Source: Clostridia bacterium (GTDB taxonomy: Bacteria; Bacillota; DULZ01). From it: a stretch of 43,156 nucleotides of DNA. The position numbers were made by a program, and so were the translations under genes. The notes beneath the pieces were generated by a model. It was not told the DNA's origin. It searched no databases and saw only the letters and a list, made by a program, of their open reading frames with translations. Of the stretch, positions 26,792 through 34,034 are shown piece after piece. The DNA lies in NCBI GenBank assembly GCA_012512955.1, contig JAAZDD010000165.1, positions 1 to 43,156 on the forward strand, given 5' to 3'. Position 1 is the stretch's first letter. Each line of letters starts with the position of its first letter.

Positions 26792-26836
26792 TGACAAACA
26801 GTCGGAAAATTTGTAGAACTTTCCGACTGTTTGTCA
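26792..26836. promoter_or_regulatory. Perfect 17-bp inverted repeat (11-nt spacer) overlapping the acs-like promoter; probable operator
   Basis: TGACAAACAGTCGGAAA (26792-26808) matches TTTCCGACTGTTTGTCA (26820-26836) at 17/17 positions. On the minus strand the right arm provides TTGACA (26831-26836). The left arm abuts TGTCATAAT (26788-26796). Confidence 0.55.
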
Positions 26837-26866
26837 ATAAAAATAAGGCCGCCCGTAGGCAGCCTT
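26837..26866 (-). terminator. Orphan intrinsic terminator on the minus strand, inside a divergent intergenic region
   Basis: Minus strand: AAGGCTGCC-TACG-GGCGGCCTT (26845-26866; 9 bp including one G.U, UNCG-type loop), followed by ATTTTTATT (26837-26844). On the plus strand the stem has a C/A mismatch and no T run. Confidence 0.6.
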
Positions 26867-27005
26867 GACTTTCGTTGTCCCTATAGGCGTTAGGTACCAT
26901 TATTATTCGCCTATAGGGACTGGGAGAGGAGAAACCGGAGGAAGAGCTCATGGGGGAGGGTTATTAATAATAACCACTAAGCTCTTCTGTAAAGCGCTTT
27001 ACCAG
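26837..27005 (-). ncRNA. Candidate structured small RNA or cis-leader (unclassified), ending at the orphan terminator
   Basis: No credible ORF. Structures: a 13-bp perfect hairpin (26877-26889 / 26908-26920); a nested hairpin (26941-26948 / 26980-26987) enclosing the palindrome 26959-26975; and unpaired CU-rich tracts. A perfect minus-strand TATAAT lies at 27011-27016, with TTGAAT at 27036-27041 and a 19-nt spacer. The 5' end and even the strand are inferred, not demonstrated. Confidence 0.3.
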
Positions 27006-27108
27006 TAAATATTATAGGCGATTGGCTATAATAATATTCAAGACGAGGAAAATTTTTTTATAAATTGACGATTTTTGCTGAACATCTATCAATTACAATT
27101 CTAGGATG

Positions 27109-27117
27109 TGCTATAAT
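27109..27117 (+). promoter_or_regulatory. Extended -10 element (TGcTATAAT) upstream of rsmD
   Basis: TGCTATAAT at 27109-27117, about 22 nt upstream of the rsmD ATG. An A/T-rich UP-like tract lies upstream. Confidence 0.45.
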
Positions 27118-27138
27118 AGCTATGGGTGGATATGGAAA

Positions 27139-27699
27139 ATGCGAATCATAGCGGGTAAAGCGAAAGGATTACGCTTAAAAGCACCGAAAGGATATGCTAC
27201 CAGACCAACGGCTGATCGGGTTAAAGAAGCCATGTTCAACGTGATCCAGGGGCGGGAGACAGGTGCTTTAGTTTTGGACCTTTTTGCCGGTACAGGAGCT
27301 CTGGGTCTGGAAGCATTGAGCAGGGGAGCCGGCAAAGCCGTCTTTGTGGAGACAAACCCTGTGACCAGGCAGGTGCTGGCGGCCAATATTGCCAAGGCCG
27401 GAATGGCTGCCCAGGCTACCGTGGTCAAAATGGATGCACTGTCCTTTCTCAGAAGCTATGAGGGAGGAGCTTTCGATCTAATCTTCATGGATCCTCCTTA
27501 TGATTATGATAATGAAATAAGCGTTCAGGTATTGGATGCCATAGCAGAGAAACAGTTGCTCAGCCCCGGAGGGCTCATTATCTGGGAAAGAAGCAACAGA
27601 AATCCGTCCTTTCAACCCGTGTCAGGTTTTAAGCTTGTAAAGGAAAAGCATTACGGAGATACGGTGCTGTTGTTTATTGAGCAGATAAAGGAGGAGTAA
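27139..27699 (+). CDS. rsmD: 16S rRNA m2G966 methyltransferase RsmD (YlbH)
   Basis: MRIIAGKAKGLRLKAP...RPT.DRVKEA.FN, SAM motif DLFAGTGALGLEALSRGA, and catalytic DPPY. The track start 27106 is over-extended. Confidence 0.9.
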   Translation: MRIIAGKAKGLRLKAPKGYATRPTADRVKEAMFNVIQGRETGALVLDLFAGTGALGLEALSRGAGKAVFVETNPVTRQVLAANIAKAGMAAQATVVKMDALSFLRSYEGGAFDLIFMDPPYDYDNEISVQVLDAIAEKQLLSPGGLIIWERSNRNPSFQPVSGFKLVKEKHYGDTVLLFIEQIKEE

Positions 27700-27703
27700 A
27701 GCG

Positions 27704-28162
27704 ATGGACGTATTTGAAATTTTGGATGAGATGGAAGACATCATCGAAAGCAGTTCCAGGATTCCTTTAACGGGCAAAGCGGTGGTTGATGCTGAAGAAC
27801 TCCTGGACTGTATCGATCAAATTCGTTCCGTTTTACCGGAGGAAATCAGGCAGGCCAGATGGATTGCTAAAGAGAGGGAACGGATGTTGGCCGATGCCCA
27901 GCAAGAGGCGGAACAAACCATTAGAAAGACCCAAGCCCAAATTGAGCAAATGGCTTTAGAGAGCGAAATTATGAAAATAGCTGAGCAAAAAGCTCAGGAA
28001 TTATTGGCCAGAGCCAAAGCCATGGAAACGGAAATGAGGGAAGGGGCCACTGCCTATGCGGACCAGATCTTGGAACAATTGGAGCAAAACCTGAACAAGG
28101 CCCTGGCCAGTATTCGCGAGGGCAGGAATGAATTGCAGGGAATGAAGGTAAACGCAGGGTAG
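27704..28162 (+). CDS. Conserved coiled-coil protein of unknown function (often auto-annotated as ATPase / ATP synthase b-like)
   Basis: 152 aa. Acidic N-terminus MDVFEILDEMEDIIESSSRIPLTGKAVVD, then long heptad-like E/Q/A/K-rich helices. Starts 4 nt after the rsmD stop. No catalytic motif seen. Confidence 0.6.
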   Translation: MDVFEILDEMEDIIESSSRIPLTGKAVVDAEELLDCIDQIRSVLPEEIRQARWIAKERERMLADAQQEAEQTIRKTQAQIEQMALESEIMKIAEQKAQELLARAKAMETEMREGATAYADQILEQLEQNLNKALASIREGRNELQGMKVNAG

Positions 28163-28168
28163 TAAGCA

Positions 28169-29383
28169 TTAGAGGACCCTGAGCAGCCTTTGCCAGAAGG
28201 TCAGCAGTACGCTGATACTCAACAGTAAAGCCAGGAGCAGAAACATGGTCTTGATACTGTTTAATGCGATGTCCCAAGCCGAGACTGTTTCCGGGGCCAG
28301 GACCTCCAAACTGATGCCGGGTAATATAGTCCAACCCAAGAGGAAAGTGAAAATCGCCGCCAACAATCCTTGTGATATTCTGGCCAGGTAATATGGAACA
28401 AGGCTGATACCCTTTGCGCTGATAAAGGCGGCTACCTGGGCATGTACTGCCAAACCTGCCCAGCCAAGCAGGAGGCTGATACAGATTAATTGCTGGAGTA
28501 AGGGTGCCTTGCTTTCAGAGACCATCTTGATGCCAATGGTCATTTCCAGCATGCCGCTGGCAAGGGGTACCGCCAAGTTGGGGTCCAGACCCAGGGGCTG
28601 AAGCACCAGTTCCAACAGATTGCCGGCGAAGCCAAGCAAGCCCATAATGGACATAATTTCGATTAATACGGAAAAAGAAATTATAAAGCCCCCTACCACC
28701 AGGATGTTCTGCATGGCCTTTTTGGTGGCATCACCTAATAGATGCCCCAGCGGTTTGGCGGCCTCCCGGCCGGCTTGTTCCATTTTACTCAATCCCAGCA
28801 GGAAAAGCTGCCTCAAAGAATAGTTGATTCCCAACCTCTCCTTTTTCGGAGAAAGCCTTTTCAGCAGTATTCCCACCAGTAAGTTGGCGGCATAATGACC
28901 GGTGGCCAGGAGCCAGCCTGCTTGAGGCAGGTTTAAGAAACCGATGGAAATGGAACTGAGCATGAACAGGGGAGAAGCGTTATTGGTGAAAGCTACCAAA
29001 CGGGCGGCCTCTTCTTGATCCACCAGGTGCCGCTCTTTTAAATGGGCGGTCATCACTCCTCCGATAGGGGCGCCGGAAGTATACCCGGCGGCCAGAACTA
29101 AAGCCCCTGCACCGGGTACGTTGAACAAGGGACGCATGACCGGTTCCAGGAAAACGCTGAGGAAATGAACCACACCGAATTGGAACATCAGTTCTGAGAT
29201 GACGAAGAAAGGAAACAGGCCGGGAAAAACCACATGCCACCAGGAATCAATCCCCCTTTTTGCGGCAGGAAAAATATTTTCGGGAAAAAGGATCATCACT
29301 ATCCCAAGCAAGACGGGAACAGCCAACCGCAAGAGGAATCCTATGGCTTGCTTATCCTTTGGTGAGAGGAGACTAAAATGCAT
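28169..29383 (-). CDS. ylbJ: Sporulation integral membrane protein YlbJ (nucleoside-recognition/Gate-domain family)
   Basis: About 404 aa polytopic membrane protein, positioned as in B. subtilis (opposite strand between rsmD and ylbK). ATG 29383 is 8 nt after GGAGG. The track start TTG 29401 lies upstream of the RBS. Confidence 0.75.
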   Translation of the reverse strand: MHFSLLSPKDKQAIGFLLRLAVPVLLGIVMILFPENIFPAAKRGIDSWWHVVFPGLFPFFVISELMFQFGVVHFLSVFLEPVMRPLFNVPGAGALVLAAGYTSGAPIGGVMTAHLKERHLVDQEEAARLVAFTNNASPLFMLSSISIGFLNLPQAGWLLATGHYAANLLVGILLKRLSPKKERLGINYSLRQLFLLGLSKMEQAGREAAKPLGHLLGDATKKAMQNILVVGGFIISFSVLIEIMSIMGLLGFAGNLLELVLQPLGLDPNLAVPLASGMLEMTIGIKMVSESKAPLLQQLICISLLLGWAGLAVHAQVAAFISAKGISLVPYYLARISQGLLAAIFTFLLGWTILPGISLEVLAPETVSAWDIALNSIKTMFLLLALLLSISVLLTFWQRLLRVL

Positions 29384-29490
29384 TTGGTTGACCTCCGGCA
29401 ATCTTCTTTTATAATCTATACTGATGTCATGTTTTCTAGCACCCTGTTTCCGGGAAAACTTTGAAGGGGGCTAAGTAAGGAGGCAAGGGG

Positions 29491-30333
29491 ATGACCAAAA
29501 CTCCTAAAGTGGGGTTAGCCCTGGGAGGCGGGGCTGCCAAAGGTTTTGCCCATTTGGGAGTACTTAAAGTATTGGTGAAGGAAAAAATCCCTATTGACTT
29601 AATAGCAGGCTGCAGTATGGGTAGTATCTTCGGGGCCCTCTACGCTGCCGGGGCGGATTTGGGATTATTGGAAAAAATGATGGATCAGATGCCCCAAAAG
29701 CAGCTTTTTGACTTGGCTGTACCTAAATTGGGCTTAATCAGGGGACACCGCCTGGAGGCAATGCTGAAACTCCTGACCAAAGACAAGGATTTTTCCCAGC
29801 TAAGTATTCCCCTCTATGTGGTAGCAGTGGATATTGAAAAAGGGGAAAAGGTAGTGATCAACGAAGGAAATGTGGCTGAGGCGGTAAGAGGAAGCATCGC
29901 CATTCCCGGTGTGATTACTCCCAAACGCTGGCGTGGTAGGCTTTTGGTGGACGGGGCCGTTTTGGAACGGGTTCCCGTGAGAGTGGCAAAGGAATTTGGC
30001 GCCGATCTTGTGATTGCCGTTGATGTGAAGTTTGGGGGTGAAAAGGAAAAGGAAGTTAAAATAGCCACTATTTTTGACGTCATTTTGAATGCCATTGAAT
30101 TGATGGAGCGGGAAGTGGCCCAGCATTATCTGCCGGAAGCAGATATCTTGATTCAGCCAAACCTGGCCCATGTTGCCAGTTCTGAATTTAATCGTTACAA
30201 GGAATGTATTTCCATCGGGGAAGAAGCGGCCAGGCAAGCTGTTCCTATGATCAGGTCTCTCCTCACAGAAGACGGTCTTAACTGCAAAAAATCATTGTCG
30301 CACACAATCGCGAAGGAGGCTAAAACCACATGA
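29491..30333 (+). CDS. ylbK: Patatin-like phospholipase (YlbK-like)
   Basis: [17 protein letters not shown] oxyanion loop, GCSMGS (GxSxG) nucleophile, and DGA catalytic Asp. Syntenic with B. subtilis ylbK. Confidence 0.9.
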   Translation: MTKTPKVGLALGGGAAKGFAHLGVLKVLVKEKIPIDLIAGCSMGSIFGALYAAGADLGLLEKMMDQMPQKQLFDLAVPKLGLIRGHRLEAMLKLLTKDKDFSQLSIPLYVVAVDIEKGEKVVINEGNVAEAVRGSIAIPGVITPKRWRGRLLVDGAVLERVPVRVAKEFGADLVIAVDVKFGGEKEKEVKIATIFDVILNAIELMEREVAQHYLPEADILIQPNLAHVASSEFNRYKECISIGEEAARQAVPMIRSLLTEDGLNCKKSLSHTIAKEAKTT

Positions 30334-31529
30334 AAATTTTAGTATTGAATTCAGGGAGTTCGTCGGTTAAATACCAGTTGTTTGATATGCAGCAGGAAAT
30401 GGTCTTGGCAAAAGGATTAGTGGAACGAATTGGATTGGAGGGAGCGGTATTAAACCATCAAAAGGACGGTGAAAAACGGTCCTTTCAGATGGATATTCCC
30501 GATCACAGTACAGCTATCAAGATGGTTTTGGATTTCCTGGTAGATAATGAACACGGAGTCCTCGGAAATATTGATGAAATTAATGCGGTCGGGCATCGTC
30601 TTGTGCACGGAGGCAGTGAATTCGCCCGTTCCGTCTTAATAGATAGTAAAGTATTAGAGACTGTTAAGAAACTCTATGAACTTGCTCCGTTACATAATCC
30701 TCCTGCCGTCAAGGGAATCGAGGCTTGCCTGGCTATTTTGCCCGGAGTACCTCAAGTGGCGGTTTTTGATACGGCTTTTCACCAAACCATGCCTCCTTAT
30801 GCCTACCTGTATGGTCTGCCTTATGAGCTATACGAAAAGTACGGAATTCGCCGGTATGGTTTTCATGGTACTTCCCATAAATATGTGGCCCAGCGAGGGG
30901 CAGAGCTATTGGGTCGTTCATTGAAAGAATTAAAAATAATTACCTGCCATTTAGGTAACGGGGCTTCCATTGCGGCCGTAAATGGGGGCAGGTCCGTGGA
31001 TACCAGTATGGGCTTTACTCCTTTGGAGGGATTGACCATGGGTACCCGTTGCGGTATCATTGATCCGGCGATTGTGACTTTTTTGATGGAAAAAGAAGGA
31101 TTGGATGTAGACGACTTAAATGAGCTGATGAACAAGAAAAGCGGTGTTTTGGGAATTTCCGGTGTTTCCAGTGACTTCCGGGATCTGGAACAAAAGGCCC
31201 GTGAGGGTCACCAAAGGTCCCAATTGGCTTTGGATGTTTTCGCTTATGATGTGAAAAAGTATATCGGAGCTTATGTAGCTGCTTTAGGCGGTCTTGATCT
31301 ATTGGTTTTCACTGCCGGGTTGGGAGAAAATTCCCCGGAAATGCGGGAGGCTGTTTGTAGCGGGCTGGAATATTTGGGAATTATTATTGATCGGGACAAA
31401 AATCAGGCACGGGGGAAAGAAACGGAGATTTCCACCGGAAATTCTAAGGTAAAAGTGTTTGTGATCCCTACCAATGAGGAATTGATGATCGCGAAAGATA
31501 CCCAAGAAATAGCTGCCGATGTCATTTAA
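30330..31529 (+). CDS. ackA: Acetate kinase
   Basis: [32 protein letters not shown] and GFHGTSH motifs. ATGA overlap with the upstream stop. Confidence 0.95.
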   Translation: MKILVLNSGSSSVKYQLFDMQQEMVLAKGLVERIGLEGAVLNHQKDGEKRSFQMDIPDHSTAIKMVLDFLVDNEHGVLGNIDEINAVGHRLVHGGSEFARSVLIDSKVLETVKKLYELAPLHNPPAVKGIEACLAILPGVPQVAVFDTAFHQTMPPYAYLYGLPYELYEKYGIRRYGFHGTSHKYVAQRGAELLGRSLKELKIITCHLGNGASIAAVNGGRSVDTSMGFTPLEGLTMGTRCGIIDPAIVTFLMEKEGLDVDDLNELMNKKSGVLGISGVSSDFRDLEQKAREGHQRSQLALDVFAYDVKKYIGAYVAALGGLDLLVFTAGLGENSPEMREAVCSGLEYLGIIIDRDKNQARGKETEISTGNSKVKVFVIPTNEELMIAKDTQEIAADVI

Positions 31530-31534
31530 CCGGA

Positions 31535-31564
31535 TTGACACCTGTTAAGCAGTTAAAGTATAAT
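31535..31564 (+). promoter_or_regulatory. Sigma-A promoter of the yceD-rpmF unit
   Basis: TTGACA (31535-31540), an 18-nt spacer, then TATAAT (31559-31564). Confidence 0.75.
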
Positions 31565-31599
31565 AATTTTTGGCGTTTTTGCTATTGGTGGTGAGAAAA

Positions 31600-32121
31600 T
31601 TGCAAGTTGATGTGTCTCAGGTGAAAAGGAGTCCCGGCCGGAGGCACCAGGTGGAACTTACCGGGAAACCGGCAGAACCTTTGAGTTGGCAGGGTGAAGT
31701 ACTGGTTTTTACCCAACCGCTGGCGGTTAATTTGACTTTGGAAAGCGGGAAAGGTGGCAGCATTTATGCCCAGGGGGAGTTGAGAACTGCTTTGCAGACG
31801 GTCTGCAGTCGTTGTCTCCAACCGGTGGAATATCCGGTGGTGACGGAGATTGAAGGCAAATTTTACCAGGAGGGCAAATCTCCGGTGGATGAGGAAGAAG
31901 AATTTCCGGGACAGGTTTATTCCGGAGATACGTTGCAGCTTGATGGTTTAATTCGGGAGAGCATCTACTTATCACTTCCAATGCAATTCTTATGTTCTGA
32001 GGAGTGCCGGGGTTTGTGTCCCTACTGTGGAAGCAGAGCCGATGCCGGTTGCAACTGTGAGCATGAGCAAGTAGATCCCCGATTTGAAGTACTCAAAAAA
32101 CTGTTAAAGGACAAGAACTGA
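31600..32121 (+). CDS. ylbN: YceD/YlbN (DUF177) protein, large-subunit rRNA accumulation factor
   Basis: C-terminal Cys cluster CSEECRGLCPYCGSRADAGCNC and the universal position immediately upstream of rpmF. The track start 31570 sits at the predicted TSS, so TTG 31600 (after GGTGGTGAG) or GTG 31591 is more likely. Confidence 0.85.
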   Translation: MQVDVSQVKRSPGRRHQVELTGKPAEPLSWQGEVLVFTQPLAVNLTLESGKGGSIYAQGELRTALQTVCSRCLQPVEYPVVTEIEGKFYQEGKSPVDEEEEFPGQVYSGDTLQLDGLIRESIYLSLPMQFLCSEECRGLCPYCGSRADAGCNCEHEQVDPRFEVLKKLLKDKN

Positions 32122-32136
32122 AAGGAGGGTTTTCAA

Positions 32137-32316
32137 ATGGGTGTACCAAAGAGGAGGCAATCCCATTCTCGTAAGAATAAGCGTCGTTCCCAGTGGCGGA
32201 AAACTACAGGCCCCACTTTAACCGAGTGTCCTCAGTGCCATGAAATGAGGCTGTCTCATACCATGTGCCCATCCTGTGGTTACTATAAAGGCAAGGCAGT
32301 TGCCGGCGACCAGTAA
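32137..32316 (+). CDS. rpmF: 50S ribosomal protein L32
   Basis: Not in the ORF track (59 aa). MGVPKRRQSHSRKNKRRSQWRK... with a CxxC...CxxC zinc ribbon (CPQCHEMRLSHTMCPSCG). ATG is 7 nt after AAAGGAGGG. Confidence 0.95.
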   Translation: MGVPKRRQSHSRKNKRRSQWRKTTGPTLTECPQCHEMRLSHTMCPSCGYYKGKAVAGDQ

Positions 32317-32331
32317 GCTCAAATGTCGGAA

Positions 32332-32365
32332 AAGCAAGGAAAGAATTGGATCCTTGCTTTTTTTA
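32332..32365 (+). terminator. Intrinsic terminator after rpmF
   Basis: AAGCAAGGA (32332-32340) pairs with TCCTTGCTT (32351-32359), followed by a T run. Confidence 0.8.
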
Positions 32366-32380
32366 TTTGCCTGAAAAAGG

Positions 32381-32409
32381 TTGCATTCTGTTTACGCCTA
32401 TAATATACT
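32381..32409 (+). promoter_or_regulatory. Sigma-A promoter of the fapR-fab operon
   Basis: TTGCAT (32381-32386), a 17-nt spacer, then TATACT (32404-32409). An overlapping TATAAT at 32399-32404 has only a 12-nt spacer. Confidence 0.55.
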
Positions 32410-32423
32410 TTAATAAGCTGGTA

Positions 32424-32440
32424 TTAGCAGCAGGTACTAA
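32424..32440. promoter_or_regulatory. Candidate FapR operator (17-bp pseudo-palindrome)
   Basis: TTAGCAGCAGGTACTAA has half-sites TTAGCA and TACTAA. By my recollection it matches the Bacillus FapR box (TTAGTACCAGGTACTAA-like) at about 15/17 positions. It lies just downstream of the predicted TSS and 12 nt before the fapR ATG. Confidence 0.55.
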
Positions 32441-32451
32441 AGGTGGTCAGC

Positions 32452-33030
32452 ATGGAGAAATTGCCCCTTAGCAAAAGGAGAAGACAAGAGAAACTTTTGG
32501 CTTATCTAAATGAGAATCCCTTTGCCACTGACCGGGAGCTGGCGGAGCATTTTTCGGTCAGTGTTCAGACCATCCGGTTGGACCGGCTTGCCTTGGACAT
32601 TCCCCAGGTCCGGGAAAGAGTGAAAAATATGGCTCAAAACGCCTACGCCAAAGTGAAATCCCTGGAGGCCAAGGAAGTAGTTGGGGAGTTGATCGATCTC
32701 CGTCTTAATCAAAACGGCATTTCCTTATTGGAGATCGATGAGACGATGGTGCTGGAAAAAAAGCAAATCGCCAGGGGGCACTATCTCTTTGCCCAGGCTA
32801 ATTCCCTGGCGGTAGCTTTGATCGATGCTCCGGTGGTTTTAACCGGAAGTGCCAGAGTTCGTTATAAAAGGCCTGTTAAATTGGGGGAGCGGGTCATTGC
32901 CAAAGGGGTAGTGAAAGTGCAAAGAGGAAATACATACTTAATTTCAGTTTATTCCTCAGTAGGAAAGGATCTTGTTTTTAGAGGACAGTTTATTGTAACC
33001 GTGCCTAAACAAGGAGTGGATGATAATTGA
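32452..33030 (+). CDS. fapR: Fatty acid/phospholipid synthesis repressor FapR
   Basis: N-terminal HTH (TDRELAEHFSVSVQTIRLDRLAL) plus a C-terminal hot-dog/thioesterase-like malonyl-CoA sensing domain. Positioned directly upstream of plsX. ATG is 5 nt after AAGGTGG. Confidence 0.9.
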   Translation: MEKLPLSKRRRQEKLLAYLNENPFATDRELAEHFSVSVQTIRLDRLALDIPQVRERVKNMAQNAYAKVKSLEAKEVVGELIDLRLNQNGISLLEIDETMVLEKKQIARGHYLFAQANSLAVALIDAPVVLTGSARVRYKRPVKLGERVIAKGVVKVQRGNTYLISVYSSVGKDLVFRGQFIVTVPKQGVDDN

Positions 33031-34034
33031 GGATCGCCGTAGATGCCATGGGAGGAGATCATGCCCCGGCGGAAATAGTGAAGGGAGCTGTAGAAGCAGC
33101 ACAACTACACCAGTATGAAATTTTTTTAGTGGGCCAGGAAGATGTATTGGCAAATGAACTGGCCAAGTACAGTAAGACGGACAAGATAAAGTTAATCCAT
33201 GCCCCGGAGGTAGTGGCTATGGATGAACCTCCGGCTTTGGCTATCCGCCGGAAAAAAGGTACTTCCATTGCTGTGGCTACCGAATTGGTCAAAACCGGGG
33301 AAGCGTCTGCCCTCGTCTCCGCCGGCAGCACCGGTGCCCAAATGGCAGCAGCCTTGCTGATTCTAGGACGCATCAAAGGGATTTTGCGTCCCGCCATCAC
33401 CACTTTGTTTCCCACGGTAACCAAACATTCCATCCTGCTGGATGTGGGAGCAAATACCGATGTGGGGCCGGAACATTTGCTGCAGTTTGCCGTTATGGGC
33501 AGCATCTATGCGGAAAAGATCTTGGGGAGGGACAATCCCAAGGTGGGGCTGTTAAACATCGGCACTGAGCCAAATAAAGGTAATGATGCGGCTAAGGCTG
33601 CTTATCAACTGTTGAAAGAATCCCAACTGAATTTTGTGGGTAATGTGGAGGGCAGAGACTTGCCCCAGGGTGCGGCAGACGTAGTGGTCTGTGACGGTTT
33701 TGTGGGCAACATAGCTCTTAAATTGGCAGAAGGTTTAGCCGGTGCCGTCTTTCAGCTTTTGAAGGAGGAAATGACCCGTACCTTCAAAACTAAACTGGGG
33801 GCATTCTTGGTGGCACCGGGCTTGAAAAACATTAAGGGTTTAATTGATTACGCCGAGTACGGGGGAGCTCCCTTATTGGGTGTGAAAGGGATCAGTATTA
33901 TTTGCCACGGCAGTTCCAAATCCCGTGCCATTACCAATGCCATTAAAGTAGCAGCCGATTGCGCCGAGCAAAACATGCTCCAATTGATTGAAATGAGTAT
34001 CGCCAACAATGTCAAGGGAGATTCGACAAGATGA
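33027..34034 (+). CDS. plsX: Phosphate:acyl-ACP acyltransferase PlsX
   Basis: MRIAVDAMGGDHAP N-terminus and VCDGFVGN motif. TTG start overlaps the fapR stop. Confidence 0.95.
   Translation: MRIAVDAMGGDHAPAEIVKGAVEAAQLHQYEIFLVGQEDVLANELAKYSKTDKIKLIHAPEVVAMDEPPALAIRRKKGTSIAVATELVKTGEASALVSAGSTGAQMAAALLILGRIKGILRPAITTLFPTVTKHSILLDVGANTDVGPEHLLQFAVMGSIYAEKILGRDNPKVGLLNIGTEPNKGNDAAKAAYQLLKESQLNFVGNVEGRDLPQGAADVVVCDGFVGNIALKLAEGLAGAVFQLLKEEMTRTFKTKLGAFLVAPGLKNIKGLIDYAEYGGAPLLGVKGISIICHGSSKSRAITNAIKVAADCAEQNMLQLIEMSIANNVKGDSTR

Noticed and set aside
26921-26950. Plus-strand ACCGGAGGAAGAGC resembles the SRP RNA domain IV core (CCGGAAGGAAGCAGC). The GGA-rich plus strand also raised the idea of a CsrA-sponge RNA.
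   Set aside because: The match to the SRP core is partial, and the surrounding helix 8 architecture and GNRA loop are missing. GGA motifs are not displayed in hairpin loops. The terminator polarity favours the opposite strand.
26772-26951. 59-aa minus-strand ORF (MSSSSGFSSPSPYRRIIMVPNAYRDNES...) spanning the structured intergenic region.
   Set aside because: There is no Shine-Dalgarno before the ATG (CCCTCCCCC precedes it). The N-terminus is Ser-rich and low-complexity. The frame runs straight through the terminator hairpin and the 17-bp palindrome. An RNA or operator interpretation fits better.
26950-26967. Five-codon mini-ORF MGEGY on the plus strand, with a well-spaced GGAGGA (26937-26942) upstream.
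   Set aside because: It would require plus-strand transcription, for which I found no promoter. The SD-like sequence is just the complement of the CU-rich tract. I keep it only as an alternative if the plus strand proves to be transcribed.
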